Origin: Sphagnum compactum
Lineage: Eukaryota
Assembly (NCBI GenBank): GCA_965153455.1
Contig: OZ234493.1
Span: 5,642,001 to 5,706,000 of the forward strand
Direction of reading: 5' to 3'
Length of the DNA stretch: 64,000 bases
Shown here: piece after piece, positions 24,473 through 38,500 of the stretch
Layout of the letters: each line of letters starts with the position of its first letter
Position numbering within the stretch: the first letter of the stretch is position 1
The notes under the pieces: model-generated
Seen by the model: only the letters and a program-made list of their open reading frames with translations
The model's database searches: none
What the model was told of the DNA's origin: nothing
Made by a program: the position numbers and the translations under genes

Positions 24473-25624
24473 CATCATAGCTTTGCCATGCTAACCAGTG
24501 TAATGCTCAGGATTCTAGAATCTTGCCTCTTAGCCCCTTCCATCTCCGTTTTTCCTGGGGATTGATGCGGTCATTTTGTGTATATTGGCTGTTTGCATTT
24601 GCTGGTAGATAGCTTAGTTGCGGAGGAAGGTATTATAATGTATCATACGTACATAAGTCAGCAGAACTTAAGATGCTTGTGTGTGCATTTTCATCAAACT
24701 CTGAACATTCCTTTATGCCTATTTCAGTACTTTCTATGGCTGGCTGCGGCACCAACACTCAATTTATTTATCAATTTTCAGATGATGTTATTATGTTTTA
24801 TTTAGCTTCAAGAATAATTCAAATTATGAGTACCAGATTAAACTAGTGGTAGTATTGTTCTATAATCAAAAGGATTGTCAAAGGTAAAATGCAGATTCCT
24901 TCAGACTTCTTAATCTAATTTAGGTTTAAATCCAAAGACCTAATGTGTTCACATAGGTACATCTTGGATACTACACTAGGTATTGCAAGTTGCTCAGAGT
25001 AATTGTTTTGGTCTTCAAAGGATATATGTATGGCCCTTACAAGTTTTTTTGTCCTTTTTGAGCATTTTCCAATAGCTCTGGTGTATTCTTTGAATGTTCT
25101 CTTCCTTGTAACTTGGTGACCTTGTAACTGTATAAGCTTCTAACTCTATAGAACAAAACAACACTATAAGGTTTATCTTGCATCAATTGCAACACATTCA
25201 TATTAAATAAGCCAATTTTGACAAGGCCATGGTTCATGGCGTATATGTGAGGTAAACTTTGTGGTTACATCCATTTTTATATATGACATGTGATGTTTGC
25301 TATAATTTGACATTAGTGTAATATGTGTTGATATCATAATTTGTGGCCTCACTATATTCACTAGTTTTTTTTCTTAAAGGAACCAAATTGGGTCCAGATC
25401 AATGTCATTTTATAAAATACACAAACTAGGCAATATCATGTTTAAGAAATATTTTAAAAATCTAAAACCCAGTGGTTTCAAATTCAATTTTTTTTTAGAT
25501 TACCACTCCCCAAGTTTAAAGTTTTAAGCTTTATGAAGCTCGTCACTTTGGTTTTTAGATGAGGCTAAGTCTAATTTTTCAATTGCCATTATAAACAATT
25601 TTGGAAGGGAAATAACTTAATTTA

Positions 25625-25910
25625 TAGGGTTCCTTAGGTAAAGATTTTATGTAGCCCCTTAAGTAATCTTTAGGTATTCCATAACCTAGACCCCTAGGTG
25701 TCTCCCTAGATAATCCTTAAGTAGCTCCTTATATAGGTCTTATGTATCCCCTATGTAGGGTTTTGATAGTCCCCTAGGTGGGCCTATGTAGCCCCCTCTT
25801 ACACTATGAATAAAGTTTAGGTAGCACCTTAAGGAACCTCTAGGAATCCCCTTAGGTAGATTTTGTGAATCCCCTAAATCCCCCTTAATCATTTGATAAC
25901 CTAGGTAGGC
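25625..25910. repeat. Degenerate short-period (about 11-13 bp) CCCTAGGT/CCTTAGGT minisatellite
   Basis: Recurrent ccttaggta, ccccttaagta, cccctaggtg, ccctagata, cccctatgta, ccttaggtag, cctaggtag. Confidence 0.6.
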
Positions 25911-25949
25911 CCTCTTGTGTTTTTAATGTGCTCCATGGACAATAAGTGC

Positions 25950-28350
25950 GTCAAATTCGCAAAGCACATTTGGCTAAAGGGTTTGGTCGAAATGTCAATT
26001 GTTTGGTCTTTTGACGCAACACACTTGAAATCAATGTTTTCCTTCTTTACACAATCTTGAATAAAATGATAGGCAACTTCAACATATTTGTTTCCTTCCT
26101 CTAAAAATTGGGTTCATGGCCATCTTAATGGCACGTTGATTGTCAAATAATATCTTGATTGGCTATCCAAATTGCATGCCTAGCTCTTGCAACATTTGTT
26201 TCAAGCATAATGTTTTTTTTCCTTCCCTTTACAAGCACATAATACTTTAATTCAAAGCAACTACATTTTGCTTTGTGTTGCTCCAAGGTACAAGATTGTT
26301 GCCACTTGAGAATAGGTAGCCCAATGTTATTTTTTGTCTTTCCAATATTACCATTGGATAGTCTACATTAATAAAACCTATTGGAAATAGTTCTCCCCCT
26401 TTCCAATAGTAGACTACATAATATGAAATGTCATAGAAATATTGAAAAATGGTTGTGGCAACATCCAAGTGTGGTTACTAGGGATTTTGGACATAACACA
26501 CTAATGATAGAAGTACATAAGCCACATTCAGGTGTGTTGGGGAAAGATGTCAAAGTTTGCTCACGACCTTCCAATAGTAGGCAACGAAGGAAGCTAACAT
26601 GTCATTTCTTAAGCGAGTATCTTCAACCATCAAAACCAAATCAAGGTGATAGTTAATGAGGCCAAAACCAACCAAGTAACAATGTAAATAATGACTATAG
26701 AACATAAAAATCCCACTTGGATGGTGAAGGTATTCCAAGTTAAATTTCCCTTTGGGAAATCAATCCCATTTTATTCCAAATGGTGTGTAAAAGAATATAG
26801 GGTGAAACTTATCGAAAATAATATATACGTATAATAGGATATGTATTTATTTAACTGTAAATAGGATCTTTATAATTCATTACGAGAATATGTTTTATAA
26901 TATTTTATAATATACCTAAAATATACCCTTATTTCATAGCATACCAAAATGTACCCTTTTATCTCAAGCTCGTCCTAAAATATATGAGTGACCTCCCCAA
27001 AAAATTGCCAAGAAGAGATATGGCAAATTTATTACACAATTGCTTTTGAAACCATGAGTTTTTTGTAGTATAGTCCTTTGAGTAACAAATCATTGACATA
27101 GATATAAGAATGGGAGTTTGTCCATTTTGGATAGAAGAATATACATGCTAGGGTCAAAGGAAAAACATATGCCTTGGGGGAGAAGTTAGTTATCAAGATG
27201 CAAGAGCTTATAGAGATTCTTTCAAGCCAAATAAGGATTTGTATAATTTGCATATCAACTCTTGGCTTCATTTGGAAAAACCTTGGGGTTGTTCAATGTA
27301 AATGTCTTCTTCCATATTTGCATTCAAAAATGCACTTTTAACATCCATGTGAATGGTAGGTGAATTGTGATGGGCTGCAAGAGCAACCATAGTGCAAATG
27401 GTGGTCCAACTTACAACTACAGGAAAAATGTATTGGTAATCAATGCCTTCTTGCTATTCAGAACACCAAGCAACCAAATGTGTTTTGTACTTGATGGGCA
27501 AAAATGTCTTGATGTCATCTTGGTCGTTCTTGATTTTGTAAAAACCACTTGGTCATCATTGTGGAATAACTAGTTGGAAGGTCCACTAGGTTCCATGTTC
27601 AATTAGATTCAATAGATGTCATTTGTTGGTTCATGGCCTTGCATTAGATTGGGTTTGTTTTGTACTTGATGGGCAAAAATGTCTTGATGTTATCTAGGTC
27701 GTTCTTGAATTTGTAAAACCACTTGGTCATCATTGTGGAATGACTAGTTGGAAGGTCCACTAAGTTCCATGTTCAATTAGATTCAATAGATGTCATTTCT
27801 TGGTTCATGGCCTTGCACTAGATTGGGTTTGTTGCTACTTTTACAAAAGTGCGAGGTTCTTGAAGAGGTTCAATGTAAACAATGTAATCCTTTAGTTGAG
27901 ATGGGAATGTTTTCATGTGAGTAGAATGCCAAACTTGTAGGTCTAGATCAACAATTTGTTCCTTTCCTATACTAGTCATGGTAACAAGTTGTCATCATGT
28001 GTAAACTTCGATGATGCTAAAATGGCCATTATTGCATTAGGAATGGTTCAAACCCAATCTTGAATGTTTTATTCTACAATGAAAAGAGATTTTATTTTTT
28101 TCTTTCAATATTTTATGTGGAGAGTCTATAAAAATGTGTACAAATTATGGCCAACAAAATGCATCATCATTAGTTTCTTTATGTTCTTCTTGTCATTGTA
28201 ATTTTCACATGAATATTTTTTTTATTACTTTGCTTTGTAAATTTTTTGGAGTTAAGAATACAAAGACTATAATTTGGGAGTCTCACTACAAACCCCTTCC
28301 TCTTGATTCCATGTTTGCGAACTCCACTTGAATCCATCCTTGCAAACTCT
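25950..28350 (-). mobile_element. Decayed Ty1/copia LTR-retrotransposon pol (RT-RNase H)
   Basis: The minus strand gives IHMDVKSAFLNANMEEDIYIEQPQG (about 27280-27355), WSNTKQNVVAL (about 26250-26285), DNQRAIKMAMNPIF..VEVAYHFIQDCV (about 26050-26145) and IDISTKPL (about 25975-26000). Many stops; boundaries approximate. Confidence 0.85.
27481..27831. repeat. About 175-bp tandem duplication inside the copia relic
   Basis: TGTTTTGTACTTGATGGGCAAAAATGTC...TAGATTGGGTTT at about 27481-27656 and 27657-27831, with a handful of substitutions. Confidence 0.92.
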
Positions 28351-29149
28351 TCAACTTTAGGAATGAAAGTCCAATTCATTAGAAAAGTTCATAACAATAT
28401 ACAAACAAACAAAAGGAAAAAAACATTGAAAGGATGTAATACAAACAACAAGATACAAACATACAATAACATTGAGAGGGTGCAAGACTGACAACAAAAT
28501 GCAAATAATCAAAAAAAAAAAAAAAAATCGAAATGAAATTTGATCTATGATGAATTATAATTTGGAATGATTTTGGAATTGTTGCAATGACGATCATGAA
28601 AATACCCATCCAACATAAACCAATTTTGATAAAACATCATCACAAAATATTTCAATACTTTCTAATTTTACATCACATTTCTTTTGAATTCAATTCAACT
28701 AAATTTTAATTTAATTATCAAATTCAATTTTAATTTGAATTCAATTCATTTTCATCAATTGTTATTAAATCCTTTCATTTTTTCAATTTATTGAGTTTTT
28801 CAGTCATATTTTTATTTTTAAAATGATAACTAGCTTGAAAGAATTGCATAAGATAACCAACTATTTATAATTTTGTCAAAATTGCCTACTTGAAAATTGG
28901 CTCAATTTTTCTCAAAATCAAAAGCTAAAACCTTGGAAGGTTTTCTAAAATATGAGGGGAAAAAAAAACTAATAATCAGGTTGGTTTTTCAATTTACCCT
29001 AAGGACCAAAATTGGCAATTTTGCAAAACATGGGAAACCCACCAATTAAAACATGTCCAAATCAAACAATCATTGATAGGTAATATTTTGAGCTAAAATA
29101 TAATCAACTAGCATTTTACCCAAAGCAAAAAGTAGTTTTCATAAGTTAT

Positions 29150-29719
29150 GAATTTCAGAGGTTGGGAGAAAATTTGGCAAATTGATTCCAAAGATCCAAA
29201 GAGTGATTTGAAGGACTAAACCATGTCCAATTCTAGAGATTCATATGATCTTGAAAAAGCTCTTTTCAAAGACTATAAGATAATGTACTTCATGTTCAAA
29301 ATAGAGATGTTTCCTAAAGTTATGAACTTCAAAATTTATAAGACAAGAAATAATTTAATGTAATTTAAGGAAAGCGACTTTGGGGATTTGGGAAAATGTC
29401 ATTGGTATATAGTCCTCATGGCTAATTACAATACATATTTTAAGAAATGTAAGACCTCCCATAGTGGTTGGACCATGGTTAAATTTGTGAGTTTGTGATT
29501 TAATTCTAAGTCCAATTGTTCTTTATTCCATTTTTGTTTGTTTGGTGCAATTGAGATAAAGTGATATTTTTTATAAAGAAAGTCAATTTTGTCCTAATCA
29601 TCTAAAAATTCTCATCCTTTTGTCCTAATCACCAAAGGATACATCCTCAATTTTGAATTTCGTTGATGTAGGATCTTCAATTATTACTTATAACACTTGA
29701 CAAACTTAAGGGTGTGTCA
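29150..29719 (+). mobile_element. Decayed LTR-like interspersed repeat; related copy at about 58500-59300
   Basis: Both regions share colinear words (AGTTATGAxCT, CATTxxxATxxAGxCCC, a GxxCxATGGT..GTGA segment). This copy ends GGGTGTGTCA and the other begins TGTGACCCTAGCCTTGGGCTC, which are TG...CA-like ends. Family assignment is inference. Confidence 0.4.
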
Positions 29720-31504
29720 AATTAACCACATTTTGACAATTATGTTACAAGTATTAGGACACATTGATTTTAATATAGCAAAAACTTACAACATTTTGAT
29801 TACGTTTGTCATTATGCAATTGTAATTCACAATTGGAATTTAAAGAGGTAAATGAGGACCCCATCCTATGCCATCTTTTTATGCTTTCTATACAACCGTA
29901 ACTAATGTGACTTCATAAGTGCGAACACCTTCATGTTTGAATCTATTTAAACAAGGACAATACAACATTAACAACATTATCTTTGCGTGACATTGATTAA
30001 AATATGGTAGGCCATGATGGCAATCATTGTTTCCAATCCCAAAATCTTATCCAATGTGCTTTCAAGTTAAACAAGCCAATGTCAAAAAGGGTTTTTGAAT
30101 ACAAAAAACCATCATCTACTTTCATGTTTGTTTGCATTAAGGTAAAGTTGATGAAGCCCTAAATTCACAAGGTGGGGAGGGAAGCTCCAAAGTTCATTGT
30201 CTTCAATCTTTCACATTGGCAAAGAGTGTTGTCACACTATTGTGTCCTTTGTCATCTAATGGTATAAATATTATTTGAGGAGTCCACGCTCCATCCCCGG
30301 AGATTCAATACCAAGAAGTGATTTTACTTCCAGGGATGACTTTTTGAAATCATAAATTGATCTGCGTCGTCTTGTACTTTCGTGAAACAAGATCAACAAT
30401 ACCATAAACTTTTGCTTCTTTTGCCAACATAAAAACGTCTCATGTGATCTAGACGTTTAAAGCTTAATCTTCCCCTTGTATTCAGATAGACTATCATGGG
30501 AAGTTTCAATCAACACCTTTAGATGCAATATTTCCCCGGTGGGAGTTATTCAATAAGTCGACCAACTAGGATTGATGGCCACTAAACCACACTTGTGGTT
30601 TCAATTCAACACTAAGCGTAGCTCCACCAGCCAGCAGGATCTGCCATGCCAATGGTAACCTCTAAATGATGTGCCCATAGAGCGCCAAAATATAACTTAA
30701 CAACTTGCCCACCTCAACATCGAGTACCAATTAGCCTTGACAAAAAGGCTCATTGTCCCTACACTTGCACAAAGGATCCAAAGCTCAGCAAAGCTCCCCT
30801 GCAAACTAGTAAACCATGATTGTACTATCAAAATTGGAATAGAAAGTTATGCTATCAGGACTTGTGTGCAGGGGCTATTGTTGGTGCCACATAATCTTGG
30901 CACTATTATTGGTGGGTAAAGAACCATGGCATAGCAGTGCACTCACACACTGCTATGCCATAGTTCTTTACCCAATGGAAAAAACCTTTTAATTCAAGTC
31001 TTTTGCTTGACATCACATGGTGTAAGACACTAATGGGGGAGTTGAATCTGATTGCCAACTTACACTTCCAACTGATTTCATCTTCAATCTCCACATAAGA
31101 TCCGAGTACTGAAGTGTTGCAGCAGTGAATTCCAAGCTATACCTTTAAACCACAGAGACTGACTGACATACAACCAAAGATAGTTGCAATCCTCATATTC
31201 TTGTGCGAATAGCAATTGCTGCATGCTGAGACAAATCTTTATAAAAATATTATACCATACATATCTACAGATGTTCGAATACAGACTTCCACTACTTAGG
31301 TTTTGCAACACTATCCACAAAGAGGCAGCAGCAGCAAATAGTAATTTGCAATTTGGTTTGACAAGCTTCCTGCATTTTTGTTGAGAAACTACTGAAACAA
31401 GAGGTCCTGCCCCAGACTCTGGGCAGATTATCTAGACTTGGTTTTGGTCACATGCCAGTGTTGGTGGGGTGCTCACTTAAGGACAAGTGCTTTTGTGACC
31501 TGAA

Positions 31505-34500
31505 TTACAAAATCACACTGTATGTACGATGGACTGCCCACCACATACCCCGAAGCATAAAAAACCAGCACAAGGCAGATACAGCACCCAGCAAAAAAAC
31601 AAACACAAACCCACTTTTGGAGCCTTTTGCCAATTGTCGTGTTGGAGATCTTTTCGCACTGCAGGTGCCACATGCAAGTTGCTTGCAGTCTCCTTTACAT
31701 GGTTGCTGAGGCCTGGTCAGGATATCCTTGTCAAACTTTCCTCCAGCAGTAGGATGGCCACTGGTAACAGCCACCTGAGCTTGTTGGGTGCCTTGATTGG
31801 AGCAGGAGCAAGTGATCGTGAAGGTAGTCAAATGTGAATCTGTTGCTGTTACACTGATGGAGCTGAAACTTGAGCTTGCCGCTCCTGCCTGTGAATATTC
31901 AGCTGCTGAGGCTGGTGGTGTTGGAAATGATCCCAGCAAATGGAAAAGGCCTTCAAGTCGTTTCTTAGTCTGTTCACTAGCATCAGTGCAAATTGCTGCA
32001 CTCTTGAGAGGAGGCTGTGGATTCTGTAATTTCTGCAAAGTGTACTCAGAAGGATAAAAGGTGGAAGAGTCAGATTGCATCAGGTTGTCACCCAATTGTG
32101 GAGTTGCAGGATGATATTTCTCTTCATCAAACCAGGACTGGAACCCAGAATAGTCAAAATCCAAAGAACCAGATACTGTAGTAGCAGACTCTGCAGCCAC
32201 TCCATGACTGGTGTTGTTATCTGGAGTGGTAGCGAGAACATCCTCAGAAGTCCTTGGCAACAGTGGGGTACCTGGACAAGCACAGAACTTGCATCATGCT
32301 TCCGGGAGAATCGCAACAGATCATGGTAGGATAATATCATAGAACAATTAGATCTTGTTTGATGACAAAATCTAAGACCTTCAACATGTTATACAGTATA
32401 CATAGACCCATATTGCCTGTCTACCCTTGGTAACCACAAGGTGAATTAAAAACCACCTTCAGAATCCAAATCTACAGTTGTTCCAGATGTATGTCCATCA
32501 GACGAGGCTGACTGGGGCAATAGGCCTGTAATCAGATAATCTTCCAATTCCTGGAGATTGAGGCGACAATCCACAGTAGCAACCTGTAATGTGACAATAT
32601 TCTCAGTAACTGAATGAAAATTGGAGCAATAAAACCTCCCATATAGACCACTCTAAACCTAGAACAATGACAAATTCCCTGCAAAAGTTCTTATGCATGT
32701 CAAGCCAGTGAGTCTCCAGCATACAAGTTCAGAAAAAGTCCCAACAGTGTGTTGGTACCTCTACATCACGCAGGAGGAAGTGCATGGTTGCAACACCCAT
32801 ATACAGTAGCATCTCTATACAAGGATTCAGACATATTTTCTTACAGTTCAGTCTGTATAATAAAAGCCTACAAGAATCAAATAAGTAGTATTATAACAGA
32901 GATCAGCAATGCATCCACAGTGAGTTTCCATTCCAGCAAGGCCTCGTTGAGCTCACCTTATCCTCAGAGGGGAATGAAGGACTATGTAATCCACTGAGTC
33001 TCTCTTCACTTAGAGGCTCATGATGTCCAGTCTCAAGTTTTGAGCCATGTGCAGTAGCAGCAGAAGACTGTGTAAGTTCAAGCAAGTTCATTGGTGGCAA
33101 ACTTTGCCCACCACCAGAACTTTCCAAATGTGAAATTGGCCTTGGCACTGGTCCACTCCCAGACGCACGCATTTGCAACATAGACCTTCGTTTGGCCCTG
33201 CCTTGTTCATTCTGTTGAATGGACAAGTTAGCACTCTGCCTTGCTCGCAAATGAATGACAGATTCTGGTGACTGCGAAGGTGCCTCATCAATTGAGAAGA
33301 GCAAGTCATTCAACTCAATGAAATCACCATCCAGTATCTCCCATGGTGTGAGTTCCTCCCCACTATACAAGACTGGGGCCCCAGGACCTTCTATTTCTGC
33401 GAGTGAAAATTCCCCTCCATCACCCTCAAGTGTGAACTCCTCACCAACAACCCCCCCAGAGAGAAACTGGTTGATGAAATCCTCCTGCTGATCTCCTTCC
33501 ACAAGGATTCCTTGACCTCCAGACTCTGCAATCTCAAGCATATCCTGTAACATGAGGGCTTCATCATCTAAGGCAAGAGGTTCAGCAAAATCTCCCAGGA
33601 ACTGGCTATCATGGTGGGAGGTGTGAACTTCCCACTCATCAGGCAAAGGGTAAGTTATCTTTGAACTGGCCGTCTCCCCCTCCAGATAATCCTTCATCAT
33701 CTGCAAGAATGACAAACTGAATCAGATTCTAAGTGAAGATAGCAGACAGGCCTATCACATACAAACAGTAATCTCCTCTATTGCCTCAATGGCTATCTCT
33801 GCTGAAGTATGACGGATCTCCGTACCTCATATTCTGGCATTTTACTAAGGCATTCTGGGGCAGCAGTCACAGGACTGAGGGCAGAGTCCATGGACATCTC
33901 AGTCTTGACATCAGGCACCCATTCCAGGGCTGTACCAGGTTCAGGTGGCAATTCCAGCTCTTCTACAGGAAGGACAACCACAGATTCCTCTTGTGGTGGT
34001 GACTGGTAAGCCTCCTCGATAAATGCTCCACCATACTGCTCTCCATTCTTTGGACCAGGTCCACTCTTCTTAAACACACGGGTTAGCACATAAGCATCCT
34101 GTACACCACAAATTCCACACAACACTCAGTTCCAAATTACCCACCAATGACACCAAATTTCTGAGCAGGGAGCAAGGAGCAAGGAGCTCCCACAGTTGAA
34201 TATGGCACCAAATACCATCTTCTCAAAACAACAACCCAACATTGTGTGATAAGGCTATTGAGATTTATCAGGACAGGTACCTGAAAGCCTGCTGACACTT
34301 CCTCCTCTTCTATGCGATATTCATGCATGACCCAGTCCGTACGTTCCCCATTAGGAGCTCGACCCAGGTAGAAGACAAGGGTTTTCTTCATGCCAATGTT
34401 ACGGGATCCTGAGTGCACAACCCTATCCTTTCCTGTTGCCTTCCAATAGCCCGCCTCGGTTGCACGGTTAGTTCTGGATCCATTTGGGTACTTCTTATCA

Positions 34501-35446
34501 CGAGGACTAAAAAAGTACCATTCCTGATCGTTGCCTCCAATGCAAGACTTGTCTGCATTCCCACAACCAGAGAAGGCCCATAAGAAACACTAGAATGAGT
34601 AGCTTGTCACATAATCTGCCCTTTAAATGACATCCATAAGGATGATCAACATACTAAATTGGAAACACATGATGGTTAGCATGGTCAACCCCAAGTGGAT
34701 CCTTCTTTTGTGCAAGAAAAATGTTTCTACAGTGGACTCCCCATGACTCTAGAATATAGGGATACCAAACTTTGACCCGTTTTTGCATACATCACAGTGT
34801 CTCTAGCTTGAAGGGCAGAGTCAATAAAGAAGACAGATCAAAACTCTAAGCGTTTTAGAACTTTGATACAGCTTGGCAAAGCAGTAAGCCATAAAACAAG
34901 TGGCTTGTCAGATAGTGACTTGCACCCATAAGGATGACAATATTCAACATACTAAATTGGAAACACATGGTGGTTAGCATGGTGAAGCCCAAGTGGATCC
35001 TTCCCATATGCCAGAAATGTTTCTATGGTGGATTCCACACGACCCTAGAATGTATGGATACCAAACCTTTGATCCGTTTCTGGGTGCATCACAATGTCTC
35101 TACACAGAAGGGCAGGCCAGAACCAACAAACACACCAGATCAAAAGCATTCTAGATTCCACAGGCAAATCTATAAGCTAAAAAATAACCTCTGCAAACAA
35201 CGTCATGAAATCGCACAGAGCACCCTCAGTAAAACAAACAGAAAAATTGTCAAAAATGCATGCGTGCATCTATCCACCCACATACATACCAGGCAAATCC
35301 CATGGCTCGCACTTGTACAACTCCACCACTCCGATCACATCAGCCTCGATGGAGCGACCACTCACTTTGCGTTTCAAATAGTATGCAACGAGCTCTTCAT
35401 CGGTGGGATGAAACCTAAAACCTGGCGGCACTCGTCGGCGAGCCAT
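31505..35446 (-). CDS. Membrane-tethered NAC transcription factor (ANAC017/ANAC053-078-like clade), 6 exons, about 779 aa
   Basis: Exons 5'->3': 35446-35290, 34552-34281, 34098-33826, 33700-32957, 32583-32457, 32271-31505, in frame. NAC domain [98 protein letters not shown]-terminal [22 protein letters not shown]. Confidence 0.93.
34595..35160. repeat. Diverged ~300-bp tandem duplication in NAC intron 1
   Basis: GCTTGTCA..CCATAAGGATGA..TCAACATACTAAATTGGAAACACATG..CCCAAGTGGATCCTTC..GGATACCAAAC..CATCACA..GAAGGGCAG..CAGATCAAAA at about 34600-34850 and 34900-35150. Confidence 0.85.
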
Positions 35447-35475
35447 GAGCTTATGTCGATCCTCTCTTCCAAAAT

Positions 35476-35494
35476 ACACACACACACACACACA

Positions 35495-35527
<33 letters not shown>
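35476..35527. repeat. Compound (CA)n(CT)n microsatellite in the NAC 5' leader
   Basis: ACACACAC... directly followed by TCTCTCTC..., about 30 bp upstream of the NAC ATG. Confidence 0.9.
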
Positions 35528-35532
<5 letters not shown>

Positions 35533-38500
35533 TCAGGATACAACTGTCTCGTCTCCCAATTGAGGTCACAACAGGAACCTAAACGACGGCGATGAAACTT
35601 GAAGCAGGTGGTAAACAAGAAACGAATCCCTTGACTCTCGCCGTACATTTGGTGCACCAGAGAAACAAAACAAAAAAACAGGCTCAGCCGCTCTTGTGCC
35701 GACGGCAATCACAAGCACAAGAAGAGACCAAACCCCAAGTGCACGGGACTTGACTCGACTCGACTCGACTCTCTCTTCTGTTCACCAAAGTGCGTCGTCT
35801 CGATTGCGCGTCGGGGCCAAAAGGGGGAAAAAAGGCCGTCGTGACGGAGAAGGTGGAGCTCGGGACGAAGGCACACGGCAAGAGCTTGTCTCGTCACGCT
35901 CTCGGCGTGCGAGCACTGCACACGGGGATCGGTGCGGCGGCCAGGAACTAAAGCATACCGACAAGGCCGCTGTCGACAGCCACGTAGGTCCTTAAAGCTA
36001 TGAACAGGATCAGACTAAGGATCCTTCAGGTGTGCCAACAAGCCACTTTTTAGCTGGAATCTGGACCTAAGTTGGCGTGGAGGATTTGTGTGGGGTAAAG
36101 CCCAAGGTCAAGGGCATTACCGAAATAAGGGCCTACGTTGAAATGAGGTAGTAGCCAAAATGCAGACCTGATTTTGAAAATGCCCTTGACCGAGTATTTA
36201 CGTGGCGTAAAGATTTGATAGTAGTAAAATTTATTGTGAAAAAGTCAATATCTGCCGGTTTATCTCAGGAAATTGGTTTTTCGGCACCAAATTAGTGCAG
36301 CTTGCCATGGCTGGTAAAAGTCGCAACAAAGTTGTGCACCTCCAAAAAAGAGTGTAATAAATTGGACTTTACTGTGGCTCAGTATTTCTGATTGGTCGAT
36401 CATAACGATTGGTCCGGGTGGTTTGCCATTAGTAGTTTCCATGTATATCCAGTTCCAGTTTATACCACCAAATTTTCTTGAACCATAGGTGGATTTTTAC
36501 AAGGCATAACACACCAAAATTGTAAATTGTAAATCCCGTGCCCAAAACTTTATGTACTAGAAGAGAAATGCATCCTAAAAGGCAGAATGTGGCCTCTTAG
36601 GGTAGGTTCCATCGAGTAAAGGTCGATGGGTAGGCCCTAAATTAGTTATGTAGGCCTAGGTTAGGGAAGAAATGACTGAATTTTGGCCTTGCTCCTGGGG
36701 CATTACCTGAGCTTTAGAAAGCCCCCAACAAAGCTTCTCCATTTTTACTTCTATTTATGTGTAAGGTAAAGCCCCAAGGTGTCATTTTGTGCCCTGCATG
36801 GTTCATGTTTTGATGTTCTACTCAGCTAAAAAAGAAATTTAAAAAAAAATTAATGTTCAACAAGTTTACTCTTGGGGTCCAAACCCACAATTGCATGAAT
36901 GTAAGATGAACCCCCAATTGTTACAAATGTAAGATGTAGTTAGTACCACTAGCCTACTTGAGTTTGGGTTCAAAAATAATAATAATAATAATAAATAAAA
37001 TCTTGGATGCTTCAAAATATTCTTTATTTGCCTTCACAATTTCTTTTTCTTTTTCAACTAAATTTTTTTTACGGGGTTTTTTTTTTGTTTGAGAAAATTT
37101 CAACATTTTCATGAATAATATAAGTAATGTCATGGCTGCCCAAAGTACTACAGTAATTTTTTAAGTCCATGGCGAATGAATTTGAACTTAGGTCTACTAA
37201 AACTATAGGTAGGTTCTCTAGTGCATCTAATTAACCAAAATCTTTATATGTTGCTTTGTCGTTATTAGACTTCGAAGATGATTTGTAAAAGTTCAGGTGG
37301 CATTCCTATAGCACTTTAAATTGTTTTAAATGAATAAAAAAGTTATGAGGTTTGAAAATAGAAGGGGTCCCAAGAGAAGAAGGAAAAAAAAAACGTGTTT
37401 TGTAAGTTGAAAAACTTATTTCTTCTTTGTTATTTTTTCATTACACCTTTGCACTTAAAGAATGATTTCTAAAGCTTGAGGTAGCACTTTCATAACATTT
37501 TAAATCGTTCAAATGAAGCACATATGATGAAGATATAAATAAGTGTTTGGTCAGGTGATCAATCATGGGCCTATCTACCCTAGGGCAAAAAACTGGAAAT
37601 GTATATAAAATGGCATCTATATATATACATATATATATAGTTGAAGAATTGTACACAATGGTATTGAATATCAAGGTATAAGTAAATTTAATATCATAGA
37701 AGTATTGAATATGGATATGAATATAGATTTAGTGTGTGATGCCAAAAACCAAATGTAACTTTTATTGAGTTAATTGATGAAAATTGAATTACAACATTTT
37801 GATCCAAAGCATTAAAGTTGATTGTAGAAGGCAAATTATGCATTTTTGACAAAATCTATGCTCCAAGCACAAGCCCCAAAATTGAATTGGAGTCTTAAAA
37901 TTGAATCTTCAATACACAATGAACATTACAATCCCTTAACTCCTCCAACTAGAGACCAAAGACCAATTTATATATGGTTGTTTGTCGACTACCTAAGAAA
38001 GATGCAAGCTTTGACCCCAAAGATTGGTAATGGAGGACAATGGGAAGATTTAAAACCTCCAACATTTTCAACTACACAACAAAACAAGGTTACAATATTG
38101 GCTTACTTGAGATAGGAGAGGCTTCATTCCTAGCTAAAGATCCAATTTTTTTTCTCAATTATGATTTAGTTGATCTTGCCAGGAGGTTTTCCAATAGGAA
38201 CATGTTGAAGAAATATTGATCACCAAGGGGATTTCATGTTAATGGTTTTGGGGATTTAGAAACACTAAACACATGGTTTCTTATAGCATGTGCACGACAC
38301 AAATATGGTAGAATTTCAATGCAACCTAAATTCAAACAAGTTTTCCCTCACATTCCTTTGTGTGAGAGCAACTTATTTGAGGAGGTTTCCATCCCCCACA
38401 AAACCCCGCCAACTTGGGAGATGCAAATTGGGACTACAATTCCACTCCCTTGAGCAAGGTCCTAAAACACCTTGGGACATTTTGAAGGCATGATTGATTT

